Of a stretch of 64,000 bases of DNA, positions 1-11,716 are shown one piece after another. Made by a program: the position numbers and the translations under genes. The notes under the pieces are model-generated. The model did not search any database. It was not told the DNA's origin and saw only the letters and a list, made by a program, of their open reading frames with translations. Source of the DNA: Heterodontus francisci (taxonomy: Eukaryota); the NCBI RefSeq assembly GCF_036365525.1, contig NC_090373.1:11791221-11855220 (forward strand), given 5' to 3'. The number at the start of each line of letters is the position of its first letter. The stretch's first letter is position 1.

Positions 1-269
1 AATCTGAGTGAAAATGAATACAAGGAATTACAGATTTAATATGGGGTCAAAATTCTTATCTTTTGTCAGAAGTGCAGAATTGTCCATTTTTGTTGTTGAA
101 CTAAATGAACCACAAACTCCACAGTTGCACAAATATATATTTTTGAAACATTTGCTGACTCTGGGTGAAAAAAAATCAGTCATAATGCACAAGCATTAAG
201 GATTCTTCCACACTTCTCAATGAGCTACACACCAATGTAACTGTCGGGAAGTACTATGGTACTTCGAGC

Positions 270-1450
270 CATAAACAACTGCAACACAGAAGGAGGCCAT
301 TCAGCCCATTGTGTCTGTGTTGGTTCTTTACCAGATCTATCCAAAACTAATCCCATTGTATTGCTTTCTCACATAGTCCTATGCGTCCTTCTGTTTCAAA
401 TGCTTATTTACTCTTTCCTGAAAAGAGGCAGTGATCCGTGCCTCAGCTACTCGCTGTGGTTAATCATTCCACATTCCGACAACGCTATGTGCAAAGAAAT
501 GTCTCACTCTCTTATTGACTATTTTAAATTGATGACCCTTCATCATCGAAACCCCAGTCAGAGGAATCTGGCTTTTCCCAGTCACCCTATAAAACTGCTT
601 CATAATTTAAAAAAATCTCCATTAAATCTCCACTTAGTCTTCTGTACTAAAAATAATTGAAAGTCTCTCCCCATGACTATTATTGCCAATCCCTTGTATC
701 ATCACGATGAAATTATACTGTATGCCCCCTATGGCTTTGGTGTCCAATTAATGGTGGCTTGCTCAAAACAGTACTAGATTTTTATGGCCAACCATCGTCC
801 AATATAGATCTATCATAATCTCTTTGTTCCTTAACTCAAAATGTTTACACAATACCCAAAATGCTGTTGGCCTTTTTCAAAGGCTTTATTTATTTGCTTT
901 TGCTGTTTCAGGAAATCATATGTATTTGAACCTTAGGTTTCTATTCCTCTGCATCCTTCATTTCCATCATTCTTTTGAATAGATTCTCCCATTTTATGCT
1001 TTCCTCCAAACTGTATTATCTCTCACTTATCCACATCAAATTGCCAATTCTACATGTCTGCCCATTCTGCTAACCAGCCTGTGCCATCCTGAAGTATTTC
1101 ATCGTCCTCCTCACCTTTTGTCATCATCCATACTGTTGTGCCATAAGCAAATTTCAGATATTGTGCTCACTACACCAATGTCCAAATCATCTATACACAT
1201 CGTGAACAAAAGTGGGCCCAGCACTCACCACTGGAGTACATCAATTCCAACCCTTTCACCAATCCAAATAACACCCATTTACTGTAAGCTTTTATTTCTG
1301 TCTGCTAAACAACTTTCCCTCCATGCTCCACATTTTTTATTGCATCATAACTCTAATTGTTTGTACCAAGCCTTCTGTGAGACACCTTATCAAATGCCTT
1401 CTGATACTCATACAGACCACACCTACTGCATTGCCTTTATCTATTCAGTC
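270..1450 (-). mobile_element. Old, degraded CR1 fragment
   Basis: CR1-type tail (acagaaggaggccattcagccc) and RT remnants (accttatcaaatgccttctg). Confidence 0.65.
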
Positions 1451-1624
1451 ACTGCTTGTTCTGTAGCTAACTATATCTAATAGATACATGATGATACAGG
1501 GCTATAGTTACCTACTTCATGAAGTTGCACGTGGCAAAATGGCTGACTCCCATGATGTGCCTAAAAGATCCATGTAGCGTAAAAGTTGAGAGTGCTCGTG
1601 ACTTTCACGGCTATTCAATATATA

Positions 1625-2347
1625 GGGCTGAATTTTACCACCGCCATTCTCGGCAATGACCTTGAAAAAAGGCTCGCATCACATGTGACTTCTCCGTCGC
1701 TGAGACCCTGCCATATTACACCCGGGGGCTCATTTAAATGGAGGAGGTGGAACGGCCGCCCCTGGCAACGGCCTCCAGTGCCACTGTGCTGGCGCCGGTG
1801 CCATTTTGACAGTTGATGTCAAATTTTAAAGAGACCGGCACATTAACTTTCAATAAATACAGTAAAGTGAACATCAAAGCCCTTCTTCCACACCCCCAAT
1901 AATTAAACAATATATTTATTTCCCTCTCCTCCCCGAAAAACCATTTTTGCCGGTCCCGACCTTTCAACCCCAAACTTTGCATTCTTTGTCCTTTAACCTC
2001 TTCCAGCCATCCCCTCAGCCAATGGAATAAATTTTCTTCATTTCCCCCCCATCAACCTGAAAATTAAACTCCTTCCCCCTCCCCACTTGTGTCTCACCTT
2101 GAATCCCCAAATGGGGATCGGAAGCCATATTGGCGTGGGACAGCTGCCAATTTATTTGCATAAATTTTAGTAGGGAAATGAAGGCCCTGCCACTTGGTGA
2201 CAGGGGTGCCGCACCAAGGTCTCAACGCTGCTGGTAAGATGCGGTGGATCCTTCTTGGAGTTGTGGGTCGTGGCGGGCCTCTCCCGCAAGTATTTTAAGG
2301 GCCCCCCCCACGACCCACAGCACCGAGGGGCTGGTAAACTTCAATCT
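1625..2347. mobile_element. GC-rich MITE-like element
   Basis: Imperfect TIR gggctgaattttacca ... tggtaaacttcaatct; similar ends occur at about 36800-37469, 53008-53770 and 58077-58990. Confidence 0.55.
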
Positions 2348-2547
2348 TCCTGTCTGGACCCTACGCCTCCATATTAACATTAATGCTGTGTCCATGGTGG
2401 TTAGTGCTGCCTGGAGTGGTACCTGCTGCAAGATGTTAGCCTCCAATGCCCTATGTGTCCCCTCAGGTGTCTTCTCTTCCTCCTTCTGGTGATGTCGGTC
2501 AAAGAAACTGTTCCCAGTGACAGAAGGGTCGGTAACCACAGGACACA

Positions 2548-2916
2548 GGGAAGCGGTGGCATAGTGGTAATGTCACTGGACTGGTAATCCAGAAGCTTAG
2601 GCTAATGCTCTGGGGACATGGGTTAGAATCCCACCATGGCAGATGGTGAAATTTGAATTCAATTAATAAAAATCTGGAATTAAAACCTAATGGTGACCAT
2701 GAAATCATTGTCAATTGTTGTATAAACCCCTCTGGTGTGTTAATGTCCTTACCTGGTCTGGCCTACATGTGACTCCAGACCCACAGCAATGTGGTTGACT
2801 CTTAAAATGCCCTCTGAAATGGCCGAGCAAGCTACTCAGTTTCAAGGGCAATTAGGGATGGGCAATAAATGCTGACTTAGCCAGCGATGTCCACATCCCA
2901 TGAATGAATAATAAAA
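2548..2916 (+). mobile_element. tRNA-derived SINE sharing head, body and tail with the 20133-23376 LINE
   Basis: A box tggcatagtgg 2557-2567 and B-box-like ggttagaatcc 2621-2631; body matches 20220-20431; tail matches 23300-23376. Confidence 0.9.
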
Positions 2917-3116
2917 CCCCTCAGATTTAATGTAAGTGGCAAATGAACCAGAGGCGAGCTGAGGAAACCTTTATGCAGTGAGTTGTTATGATCTGAAATG
3001 CACTGAAAGAAGCAGAATAGAGTCACAGAGAGATATAGCACTGAAACAGTCCCTTCGGCCCACCGAGTCTGTACCGACCAACAACCACCCATTTATACTA
3101 ATCCTACATTAATCCC

Positions 3117-5891
3117 TGGGGGATAATGCTGGGGGACTTTAATGCCAGGGTTGGGGCCGACCATGACTCATGGCCCTCCTGCCTTGGGCGCTATGGCGTT
3201 GGAAGGATGAATGAGAACGGGCAGAGACTGCTTGAGTTGTGTACCTATCATAACCTCTGCATCACCAACTCGTTCTTTCACACTAAACCCTGTCACCAGG
3301 TTTCATGGAGGCACCCAAGATCACGTCGTTGGCACCAGCTAGACCTCATTGTCACAAGGCGAGCCGCCTTAAACAGTGTTCAAATCACACGCAGCTTCCA
3401 CAGTGCGGACTGCGACACCGACCACTCCCTGGTGTGCAGCAAGGTTAGACTCAGACCAAAGAAGTTGCATCATTCCAAGCAGAAGGGCCACCCGCGCATC
3501 AACACGAGCAGAATTTCTCACCCACAGCTGTTACAAAAATTTCTAAATTCACTTGTAACAGCCCTTCAAAACACTCCCACAGGGGATGCTGAGACCAAGT
3601 GGGCCCACATCAGAGACGCCATCTATGAGTCAGCTTTGACCACCTACGGCAAAAGTGTGAAGAGAAATGCAGACTGGTTTCAATCTCATAATGAAGAGCT
3701 GGAACCTGTCATAGCCGCTAAGCGCATTGCACTTTTGAACTACAAGAAAGCCCCCAGCGATTTAACATCCGCAGCACTTAAAGCAGCCAGAAGTACTGCA
3801 CAAAGAACAGTTAGGCGTTGCGCAAACGACTACTGGCAACACCTATGCAGTCATATTCAGCTGGCCTCAGACACCGGAAACATCAGAGGAATGTATGATG
3901 GCATGAAGAGAGCTCTTGGGCCAACCATCAAGAAGATCACCCCCCTCAAATCTAAATCGGGGGACATAATCACTGACCAACGCAAACAGATGGACCGCTG
4001 GGTTGAGCACTACCTAGAACTGTACTCCAGGGAGAATGCTGTCACTGAGACTGCCCTCAATGCAGCCCAGCCTCTACCAGTCATGGATGAGCTGGACATA
4101 CAGCCAACCAAATCGGAACTCAGTGATGCCATTGATTCCCTAGCCAGCGGAAAAGCCCCTGGGAAGGACAGCATTACCCCTGAAATAATCAAGAGTGCCA
4201 AGCCTGCTATACTCTCAGCACTACATGAACTGCTTTGCCTGTGCTGGGACGAGGGAGCAGTACCCCAGGACATGCGCGATGCCAACATCATCACCCTCTA
4301 TAAAAACAAAGGTGACCGCGGTGACTGCAACAACTACCGTGGAATCTCCCTGCTCAGCATAGTGGGGAAAGTCTTTGCTCGAGTCGCTCTGAACAGGCTC
4401 CAGAAGCTGGCCGAGCGCGTCTACCCTGAGGCACAGTGTGGCTTTCGTGCAGAGAGATCGACTATTGACATGCTGTTCTCCCTTCGTCAGATACAGGAGA
4501 AATGCCGTGAACAACAGATGCCCCTCTACATTGCTTTCATTGATCTCACCAAAGCCTTTGACCTCGTCAGCAGACGTGGTCTCTTCAGACTACTAGAAAA
4601 GATCGGATGTCCACCAAAGCTACTAAGTATCATCACCTCATTCCATGACAATATGAAAGGCACAATTCAACATGGTGGCTCCTCATCAGAGCCCTTTCCT
4701 ATCCTGAGTGGTGTGAAACAGGGCTGTGTTCTCGCACCCACACTTTTTGGGATTTTCTTCTCCCTGCTGCTTTCACATGCGTTCAAATCCTCTGAAGAAG
4801 GAATTTTCCTCCACACAAGATCAGGGGGCAGGTTGTTCAACCTTGCCCGTCTAAGAGCGAAGTCCAAAGTACGGAAAGTCCTCATCAGAGAACTCCTCTT
4901 TGCTGACGATGCTGCTTTAACATCTCACACTGAAGAATGCCTGCAGAGTCTCATCGACAGGTTTGCGTCTGCCTGCAATGAATTTGGCCTAACCATCAGC
5001 CTCAAGAAAACGAACATCATGGGGCAGGATGTCAGAAATGCTCCATCCATCAATATTGGCGACCACGCTCTGGAAGTGGTTCAAGAGTTCACCTACCTAG
5101 GCTCAACTATCACCAGTAACCTGTCTCTAGATACAGAAATCAACAAGCGCATGGGTAAGGCTTCCACTGCTATGTTCAGACTGGCCAAGAGAGTGTGGGA
5201 AAATGGCGCACTGACACGGAACACAAAAGTCCGAGTGTATCAGGCCTGTGTCCTCAGTACCTTGCTCTACGGCAGCGAGGCCTGGACAACGTATGCCAGC
5301 CAAGAGCGACGTCTCAATTCATTCCATCTTCGCTGCCTTCGGAGAATACTTGGCATCAGGTGGCAGGACTATATCTCCAACACAGAAGTCCTTGAAGCGG
5401 CCAACATCCCCAGCTTATACACACTACTGAGTCAGCGGCGCTTGAGATGGCTTGGCCATGTGAGCCGCATGGAAGATGGCAGGATCCCCAAAGACACATT
5501 GTACAGCGAGCTCGCCACTGGTATCAGACCCACCGGCCGTCCATGTCTCCGTTATAAAGACGTCTGCAAACGCGACATGAAATCGTGTGACATTGATCAC
5601 AAGTCGTGGGAGTCAGTTGCCAGCATTCGCCAGAGCTGGCGGGCAGCCATAAAGACAGGGCTAAATTGTGGCGAGTCGAAGAGACTTAGTAGTTGGCAGG
5701 AAAAAAGACAGAGGCGCAAGGGGAGAGCCAACTGTGCAACAGCCCCAACAAACAAATTTCTCTGCAGCACCTGTGGAAGAGCCTGTCACTCCAGAATTGG
5801 CCTTTATAGCCACTCCAGGCGCTGCTTCACAAACCACTGACCACCTCCAGGCGCGTATCCATTGTCTCTCGAGATAAGGAGGCCCAAAAGA
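3117..5891 (+). mobile_element. RTE-clade LINE, 5'-truncated, young
   Basis: Perfect 11-bp TSD acattaatccc (3106-3116 and 5892-5902); short 3' UTR ending aaaagaa; inserted inside a V-SINE. Confidence 0.95.
3126..5840 (+). CDS. RTE LINE ORF: C-terminal half of the AP endonuclease, reverse transcriptase and C-terminal Cys/His finger
   Basis: 904 aa uninterrupted; motifs GDFNA, LDLIV, DTDH (APE); YRGISLLS, FIDLTKAFD, GVKQG, LFADD (RT); CSTC...HSRIGLYSH. Confidence 0.93.
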   Translation: MLGDFNARVGADHDSWPSCLGRYGVGRMNENGQRLLELCTYHNLCITNSFFHTKPCHQVSWRHPRSRRWHQLDLIVTRRAALNSVQITRSFHSADCDTDHSLVCSKVRLRPKKLHHSKQKGHPRINTSRISHPQLLQKFLNSLVTALQNTPTGDAETKWAHIRDAIYESALTTYGKSVKRNADWFQSHNEELEPVIAAKRIALLNYKKAPSDLTSAALKAARSTAQRTVRRCANDYWQHLCSHIQLASDTGNIRGMYDGMKRALGPTIKKITPLKSKSGDIITDQRKQMDRWVEHYLELYSRENAVTETALNAAQPLPVMDELDIQPTKSELSDAIDSLASGKAPGKDSITPEIIKSAKPAILSALHELLCLCWDEGAVPQDMRDANIITLYKNKGDRGDCNNYRGISLLSIVGKVFARVALNRLQKLAERVYPEAQCGFRAERSTIDMLFSLRQIQEKCREQQMPLYIAFIDLTKAFDLVSRRGLFRLLEKIGCPPKLLSIITSFHDNMKGTIQHGGSSSEPFPILSGVKQGCVLAPTLFGIFFSLLLSHAFKSSEEGIFLHTRSGGRLFNLARLRAKSKVRKVLIRELLFADDAALTSHTEECLQSLIDRFASACNEFGLTISLKKTNIMGQDVRNAPSINIGDHALEVVQEFTYLGSTITSNLSLDTEINKRMGKASTAMFRLAKRVWENGALTRNTKVRVYQACVLSTLLYGSEAWTTYASQERRLNSFHLRCLRRILGIRWQDYISNTEVLEAANIPSLYTLLSQRRLRWLGHVSRMEDGRIPKDTLYSELATGIRPTGRPCLRYKDVCKRDMKSCDIDHKSWESVASIRQSWRAAIKTGLNCGESKRLSSWQEKRQRRKGRANCATAPTNKFLCSTCGRACHSRIGLYSHSRRCFTNH

Positions 5892-7517
5892 ACATTAATC
5901 CCATATTCCCTACCACATCCCCACTATTCTCCTTCCGCCTACCTACACTAGGGGCAATTTACAATGGCCAATTTACCTATCAATCTGCAAGTCTTTGGCT
6001 GTGGGAGGAAACCGGAGCATCTGGTGGAAACCCATGCGGTCACAGGGAGATCTTGCAAACTCTGCACAGGCAGTACCCAGAACTGAACCCAGGTCGCTGG
6101 AGCTGTGAGGCTGCGGTGCTAACCACTGCACCACTGTGCCATGAAGAGGAAAGATTTGGAGGGCTATGGGGAAAGAGTGGGAGAATGGGACTAATTGGAT
6201 AATAACTCTTTCAAAGTACCAGTGAAGGCACTCCTTCTGTTCTGTTTCATTCAATGATTCTCTCATTGTTCTGCGAGAAACACGGAAATGAGGGTTGCAT
6301 TCATGCTCTTAGCTGGAAAATTCCTCTGTACTATTCACCTCTGTTACTGTTGTAGTGATACTTTGAAATCATCCCCTTCATCAGCTCATCAACTAAAGGT
6401 CAAACCTGGACTGCATGCCACAAAATATTATGCATCAACCTGCTTCACATTTACTACAAGCCCATTCTAAGCTCTCATGCGCAACTTTATATCATCTCAT
6501 ACATGCCTGTACTTCAGAAAGCTGCAACTTACAACTGAAAGTCTTGCCTCACTCACATCTTCCAATGGCTCTCTCAAATCAAATGTTGTAACACAAACAT
6601 GGTCATTTACTGTCACCTAGGATGGCCTTCAGGTTAGGCATAGATGTCACAAATAGTACCCATGTGGCTTCTTGTATTAGTCCAGTGGCCTACATTAACG
6701 GAAGGATTTGCGATCAATTAACACTGACATGATATTAATGAGGAAACATAATTTTGAACTGCAATGGCCATAATCCAAGAAAGAGCCATAAAGTCTTCAT
6801 TCTGTGATAGCCTAAGGTATCAACATTTTATGAAGGAGAAGAAACACTGGGGAAAGGTGATGAGGGAGAGGGCATGTTCGGAAGACCAGGACTTACCTCT
6901 GGATTTATGGCAGCGTACTTCATTGAGAAACCCTTCTAGCACCTTGTGTTGGAAACCTAAGCAGTTGTTTTCCACTGCTGTGCTACCATCTCCAAGGACA
7001 AAGATATACCTGTAGAGGGGCCTCCAGCTCTACAGCTGTGCCTGCTATATCACTGTGAACAATAAGTTCACTTTCTTCCTTTGCCTGCACCATAACTTGC
7101 CCTTTAACTTTGACCTGCAACCCTTTAAGAGCTGCTCACTCGCCATATTTTGTGCTCTCCAGTCGAACGTGCAACATGCCAAGGTCCTCAGGTAAGATTT
7201 TCTTGTGTCCAGAGTCAATTCAAATTAAGGGGAAGAGGCTACAACTTCAAAAAAATGTGGCTTGAGCAGGTTCCAGCTCATTTCCCTGATTGCTGCAGTA
7301 TCAGAGCTAAGCTGTCCTGGGAGCCTTATTCATTTGTCCACATTTCTATCTGTGTATCTAAAGCTTTCTACTTGTCTGTTTATAGGTCTGACTGCATATT
7401 GTCTGTCAGTCTAGCTATTACTTTCATAAAAAGTTAAATGTTAAAAAAGGGACATTTAACTTCCCAATGTTGAAAATCCATTTAATTTACTTATATATTT
7501 TATATGTTTGTTTACAG

Positions 7518-7553
7518 GGTTCTGTAGGCCTGCCTGGAACTAAAGGTGAACAA
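7518..7553 (+). CDS. COL9A1: Collagen IX alpha-1(-like) coding exon, 36 bp (GSVGLPGTKGEQ)
   Basis: tttacag acceptor and gtaagt donor; Gly-X-Y frame; corresponds to recalled human COL9A1 GVVGEPGPKGEQ. Confidence 0.9.
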
Positions 7554-7659
7554 GTAAGTTCTTAATTGGTTAAAATGATGATGCGGTACCTTAAATATTT
7601 ATGGAAAAAGATTTCACACTATTCTGATTTTAAATGTGTGTTAAAACAATTTTCTTTAG

Positions 7660-7704
7660 GGTTCCCCTGGTGGAGAAGGTATTGATGGCCGCAAGGGTAA
7701 GATG
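7660..7704 (+). CDS. COL9A1: COL9A1(-like) coding exon, 45 bp (GSPGGEGIDGRKGKM)
   Basis: tttctttag acceptor and gtaaga donor; five Gly-X-Y triplets; corresponds to recalled human GASGEEGEAGERGEL. Confidence 0.88.
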
Positions 7705-8547
7705 GTAAGAGATAATTATATTTCTAATTAAATATACTTTTTGTCGAAATAACTTAGCACATCTGCAGCAGTCCATTCTTAGTTATGGGACTGCAAGGGC
7801 TTCCTGTTATGGCAGTAAGCGATACCCAGCCAATATACCTTCCTATTATAAAGTACATTAATTGTATGCATGTCTGTATTCTAAGAGTTGCTTGTTGTGT
7901 GTCTGAAATTCGGATCGATTTTAGCCAAGTGAATAGAGAGTAAAAGTGTGTAGTGTGTAAACCTTTAGGTTTAGTCAAGAGATGCTGCTGTGCTGAGCTA
8001 TAGCTTAACAGCACCACTGATGGGAAAAGAGTGGTACTGAAGTTGTTTGAAATGTCATAAATTAGTCTGCAAAATTGCAGTGTTCGCAGTATGTGGCTAT
8101 CCATTCCTGGAGCTCCATGGTGCCAATGTAGTCAGTCTCCTGTAAGGGCTGTCACAAAATTCTCCAGTGACTTTGCAAAATTACAATCTGCAAAATAAAA
8201 AATAAACATAATCATATCCAATGACAAGCAAATTAATTTTATATCCTTAATCATTTTCTGCACAAAATTATATGGAACATACAGCTCAGAAACAGGCTGT
8301 TCAGCCCAGCTGGTCTGTGCAGTTGTTTATGCTCCACACAAACCTCCTCCTACCCTACTTCCATTAGCATATACTTCTATTTCTTTGTCCCAATCCAATA
8401 GGGAATTCAGGAGAAATTTCTTTACCCAGCGAGTGGTTGGAATGGGGAACTCACTACCACAAGGCGTAGTTGAGGAGAATAGCATAGATGCATTTAAGCA
8501 GAAGTTAGATATGTACATGAAGGAAAAAGGAACAGTAGGGTATTGGG

Positions 8548-8888
8548 GGTGGCACAGTGGCACAGTGGTTAGCACCACAGCCTCACAGCTCCAGTGACCT
8601 GGGTTCGATTCTTGGTACTGCCTGTGTGGAGTTTGCAAGTTCTCCCTGTGACTGTGTGGGTTTCCGTCGGGTGCTCTCGTTTCCTCCTACAGCCAAAGAC
8701 TTGCAGGTTGATAGGTAAATTGGCCATTATAAATTTCCCCTAGTGTAGGTTGGTGGTAGGACAATGGTGGGGATGTGGTAGGGAATATGGGATTAATGTA
8801 GGATTAGTATAAATGGGTGGTTGTTGGTTGGCACAGACTCAGTGGGCCAAAAGGCCTGTTTCAGTGCTGTATCTCTTAAAAAAAAAGA
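8548..8888 (+). mobile_element. HE1/V-SINE-like SINE
   Basis: A and B boxes (ggttcgattc), same body and tail as the other copies, A-tail. Confidence 0.88.
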
Positions 8889-8912
8889 TATGCTGATGAT
8901 ATGGGAGGGTAA

Positions 8913-9083
8913 TTTTTTTTATTTGTTTATGGGATGTGGGCATCGCTGGCCAGGCCAGAATTATTGTCCATCCCTAATTGCCCTTGAGAAGGTGGTGGTG
9001 AGCTGCCTTCTTGAACCGCTGCAGTCCATGTGGGGTAGGTACGCCAACAGTGCTGTTAGGAAGGGAGTTCCAGGATTTTGACC
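8913..9083 (-). mobile_element. 3' fragment of the same LINE family
   Basis: Reverse complement of the tail from gggtcaaaatcctggaac to cacatcccat plus A-run. Confidence 0.85.
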
Positions 9084-9244
9084 CATACACACCAGAGGAG
9101 ACAAGTTAGGCCAAATGGCCTGTTTCTGTGTAAGATAGGTAAATGAATTATAATGTACGTTTTGCATCCAGTGTATAGTTTTCTCCTTTACAGGTTGGTA
9201 TGTCACTGGACTAGTAATCCAGAAACCCAAGCTAATACGCTGTG

Positions 9245-11072
9245 AAATGAAAGCAATATACTGCAGATGCCGGAAATCTGAAATAAAAATAAAAAGTGCT
9301 GGAAATACTCAGCAGGTCTGGCAACATCTGTGGAGAGAGAAGCAAAGTTAACGTTTCAGGCCTGTGACCTTTCATCGGAACTGGCAAAGGTTAGAAAAGA
9401 ATTAGGTTTTAAGCAAGTCAAGGGGAGAGGGGTGGGGAAGGGGAAGGTGTTTGATAGGGCAGAGGGCAGGAGAGATTAAATAACAAAGCTGTCATGGGAC
9501 AAAGGCAAGGAGTGTGTTAAAGCTTGTGGTGAAAGACAAAGTATTAATTCAAAGAGAGTTTTAATGGCAGAATAATGAACAGCTCTGACTCAACGAAAAG
9601 CAGGCACATGGTTAAAATATAAAATATTAAAGAAAAAGGCCTGAAGTTATTAAACTCAATGTTCCATCCGTAAGGCTGTAGAGTGCCTAATTGAAAGATC
9701 AGGTGCTGTTCCTCGAGCTTGCATTGATGTTCACTGGAACACTGGAGCAGGCCAAGGACAGAAATGTTGGCATGAGAGCAGGGGTGTGTGTTGAAATGGC
9801 AAGCAACTGGAAGATCGGGGTCCTGCTTTCGGACTGAGCGGAGGTGTTCCACAAAGCTGTCACCCAATCTGCGTTTGGTCTCCCCAATGTAGAGGAGACC
9901 GCACTGTGAGCAGCGAATACAGTATACTAAATTGAAAGAAGTACAAGTAAATCACTGCTTCACCTGAAAGGAGTGTTTGGCACCTTGGGTAGTGAGGAGA
10001 GAGGAGGTAAAAGGGCAGGTATTACACCTCCTGCAGTTGCATGGGAAGGTGCCATGGGAAAGGGACGAGGTGTTGGGGGTAATGGAGGAGTGGACCGGAG
10101 TGTTATGGAGGGAAAGATCCCTTCAGAATGCTGACAGGGGAGGGGAAGATGCATTTGTTGGTGGCATCAGGCTGGAGATGGCAGAAATGGCGGAGGATGA
10201 TCCTCTGGATGTGGAGGCTGGTGGGATGGGGTGGAAAGTGAGGACAAGGGGAACCCTGTCATAGTTCTGGGAGGGAGGGGAATGGGTGAGGGCAGAAGTG
10301 TGGGAAATGGGCTGGACACGGTTGAGGGCCCTGTCAATCACAGTGGGGGGAAATACTCAGTTGAGGAAAAAGGAAGACATATCAGAAGTGCTATTGTGGA
10401 AGGTAGCATCATCAGAGCAGATGCTTCGGAGTAAGAGAAACTGGGAGAATGGAATAGAGTCCTTACAGGAAGCAGGGTGTGAGGAAGTGTAATCAAGGTA
10501 GCCATGGGAGTTGGTGGGCTTATAATGAATATTAGTGGATAGCCTATCCCTAGAGATGGAGACAGAGAAGTCGAGGAAGGGATGGGAAGTGTCGGAGATG
10601 GACCATAAAGGTGAGAGAAGGGTGGAAATTGGAAGCAAAGTTGATAAAGTTTTCCAGTTCAGGGCGGGAGCAGGAAACTGCGGACTGAACATTGAGTTCA
10701 ATAACTTCAGAGCATGACTGGCCTTTTTAAAAATATTTTATTTTTTAACCATGTCTGCTTTTCATGTAGTCAGAGCTGCTCATTATTCTGCTATTAACAC
10801 TCTCTGGATGAATGCTTTGTCTTTCACCACAAGCATTAACACACTCTTTGCCTTTGTCCCAGGACAGCTTTGTTATTTAATCTCTCCTGCCCTCTGCCTT
10901 ATCAAACATCTTCCCCTTCCCCACCACCCTCCCCTTCACTTGCTTAAAATCTAATTCTTTTCTAACCTTTGCTAGTTCTGAAGAAGGGTCACAGACCTGA
11001 AAAGTTAACTTTGCTTCTCTCTCCACAGATGCTGCCAGACCTGCTGAGCATTTCCAACACTTTTTGTTTTTA
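9245..11072 (-). mobile_element. Penelope-like retroelement, 5'-truncated, with inverted pseudo-LTRs
   Basis: Minus-strand frames encode a PLE RT C-terminus (YKPTNSHGYLDYTSSHP..KDSIPFSQF) and a GIY-YIG region (FVEHLRSV..PVACHFN); about 9285-9670 is the inverted copy of 10681-11072; 11-bp TSD with one mismatch (9234-9244 and 11073-11083). Confidence 0.88.
10970..11015 (+). ncRNA. Minimal hammerhead ribozyme-like motif in the Penelope pseudo-LTR
   Basis: CTGAAGA, then stem ggtc/aca/gacc, then GAAA; a second copy lies on - at about 9345-9385 (ccgatga aaggtc aca ggcct gaaac gtt). Both copies deviate from the ideal core. Confidence 0.6.
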
Positions 11073-11683
11073 AATACTCTGTGGACATGGGTTTAAATCC
11101 CACCATGGCAGCTGGTGGAATTCAAATTTAATTCATAAATTCAATTATTTAATTGTTAAAAATCTGGAATTGAAAGCTAGTCTCAGTAAGGGTGACCACG
11201 AAACTACCGCCAATTGTTGTAAAAACTCATCTGGTTCACAAATGTCCTTTAGGGAAGGAAATCTGCCGTCCTTACCTGGTCTGGCCTACATGTGACTCCA
11301 GACCTAGAGCAATGTAGTTGACTTTTAACTGCCCTCTGAATTCAGTTGCCAAGGGCAATTAGGCATGGACAACAAATGCTTCCTTGCCAGCGATGCTCAC
11401 ATCCCATGAAACAAATAAAAAAAACAAAAATGCACTTTCTATGTTGGTGCAGCATGTTTATTATAAAATAGACACTCATTATTTTGCATTTTCCATGATC
11501 TTTACTGGAGCTAGTTATTTTCATGACTGCTGTTAGGTTCTGTGTTTACATTGCCACACTTTGCATTAAGGAATCACAGTTTGTAAATTTGGCAGTTGAT
11601 GTGCTCAGCATTGCTTTTGGCTAAAATGTGACTCACTTGTCCTTCCTTGTTTCATCCCGCTTTCCCTCATGTTTTTTGTTTAG

Positions 11684-11716
11684 GGTGATAGAGGAAAACT
11701 TGGTCCCAAGGGTGCT
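11684..11716 (+). CDS. COL9A1: COL9A1(-like) coding exon, 33 bp (GDRGKLGPKGA)
   Basis: Long pyrimidine tract plus tag acceptor, gtaagt donor; corresponds to recalled human GDIGLPGPKGS; the split triplet continues into the next exon. Confidence 0.9.

Larger units (their letters stand above)
3028..6140 (-). mobile_element. HE1/V-SINE-like tRNA SINE split by the RTE (3028-3116 and 5892-6140)
   Basis: Head ggcacagtggtgcagtggttagcaccgcagcctcacagctccagcgacctgggttc; CR1-type tail gggccgaagggactgtttcagtgct. Confidence 0.88.
9195..11430 (+). mobile_element. Same tRNA-derived SINE, split into 9195-9244 and 11073-11430 by a Penelope insertion
   Basis: The head stops at gctaatacgctgtg and resumes at aatactctgtggacatgggtttaaatcc. 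Confidence 0.85.

Noticed and set aside
2548-2916. Calling this SINE family a DeuSINE/SacSINE1
   Set aside because: The Deu core as I recall it matches 16870-17072 instead, not this body. The family is left unnamed.
3126-5840. Domesticated host gene or a retron/DGR-type reverse transcriptase
   Set aside because: The TSD, RTE tail, 5' truncation and nesting in a SINE identify an ordinary recent LINE insertion.
7163-7191. Possible extra collagen exon (ctccag...cag|gtaag)
   Set aside because: 29 bp, frame-breaking and without a Gly-X-Y pattern.
1-7517. Further upstream COL9A1 exons
   Set aside because: I found no Gly-X-Y segment with splice sites; the preceding exon probably lies left of the window.
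7697-7702. Alternative donor gtaaga inside the 45-bp exon
   Set aside because: It would give a 37-bp exon that shifts the frame; the 7705 donor keeps the frame and the expected exon size.
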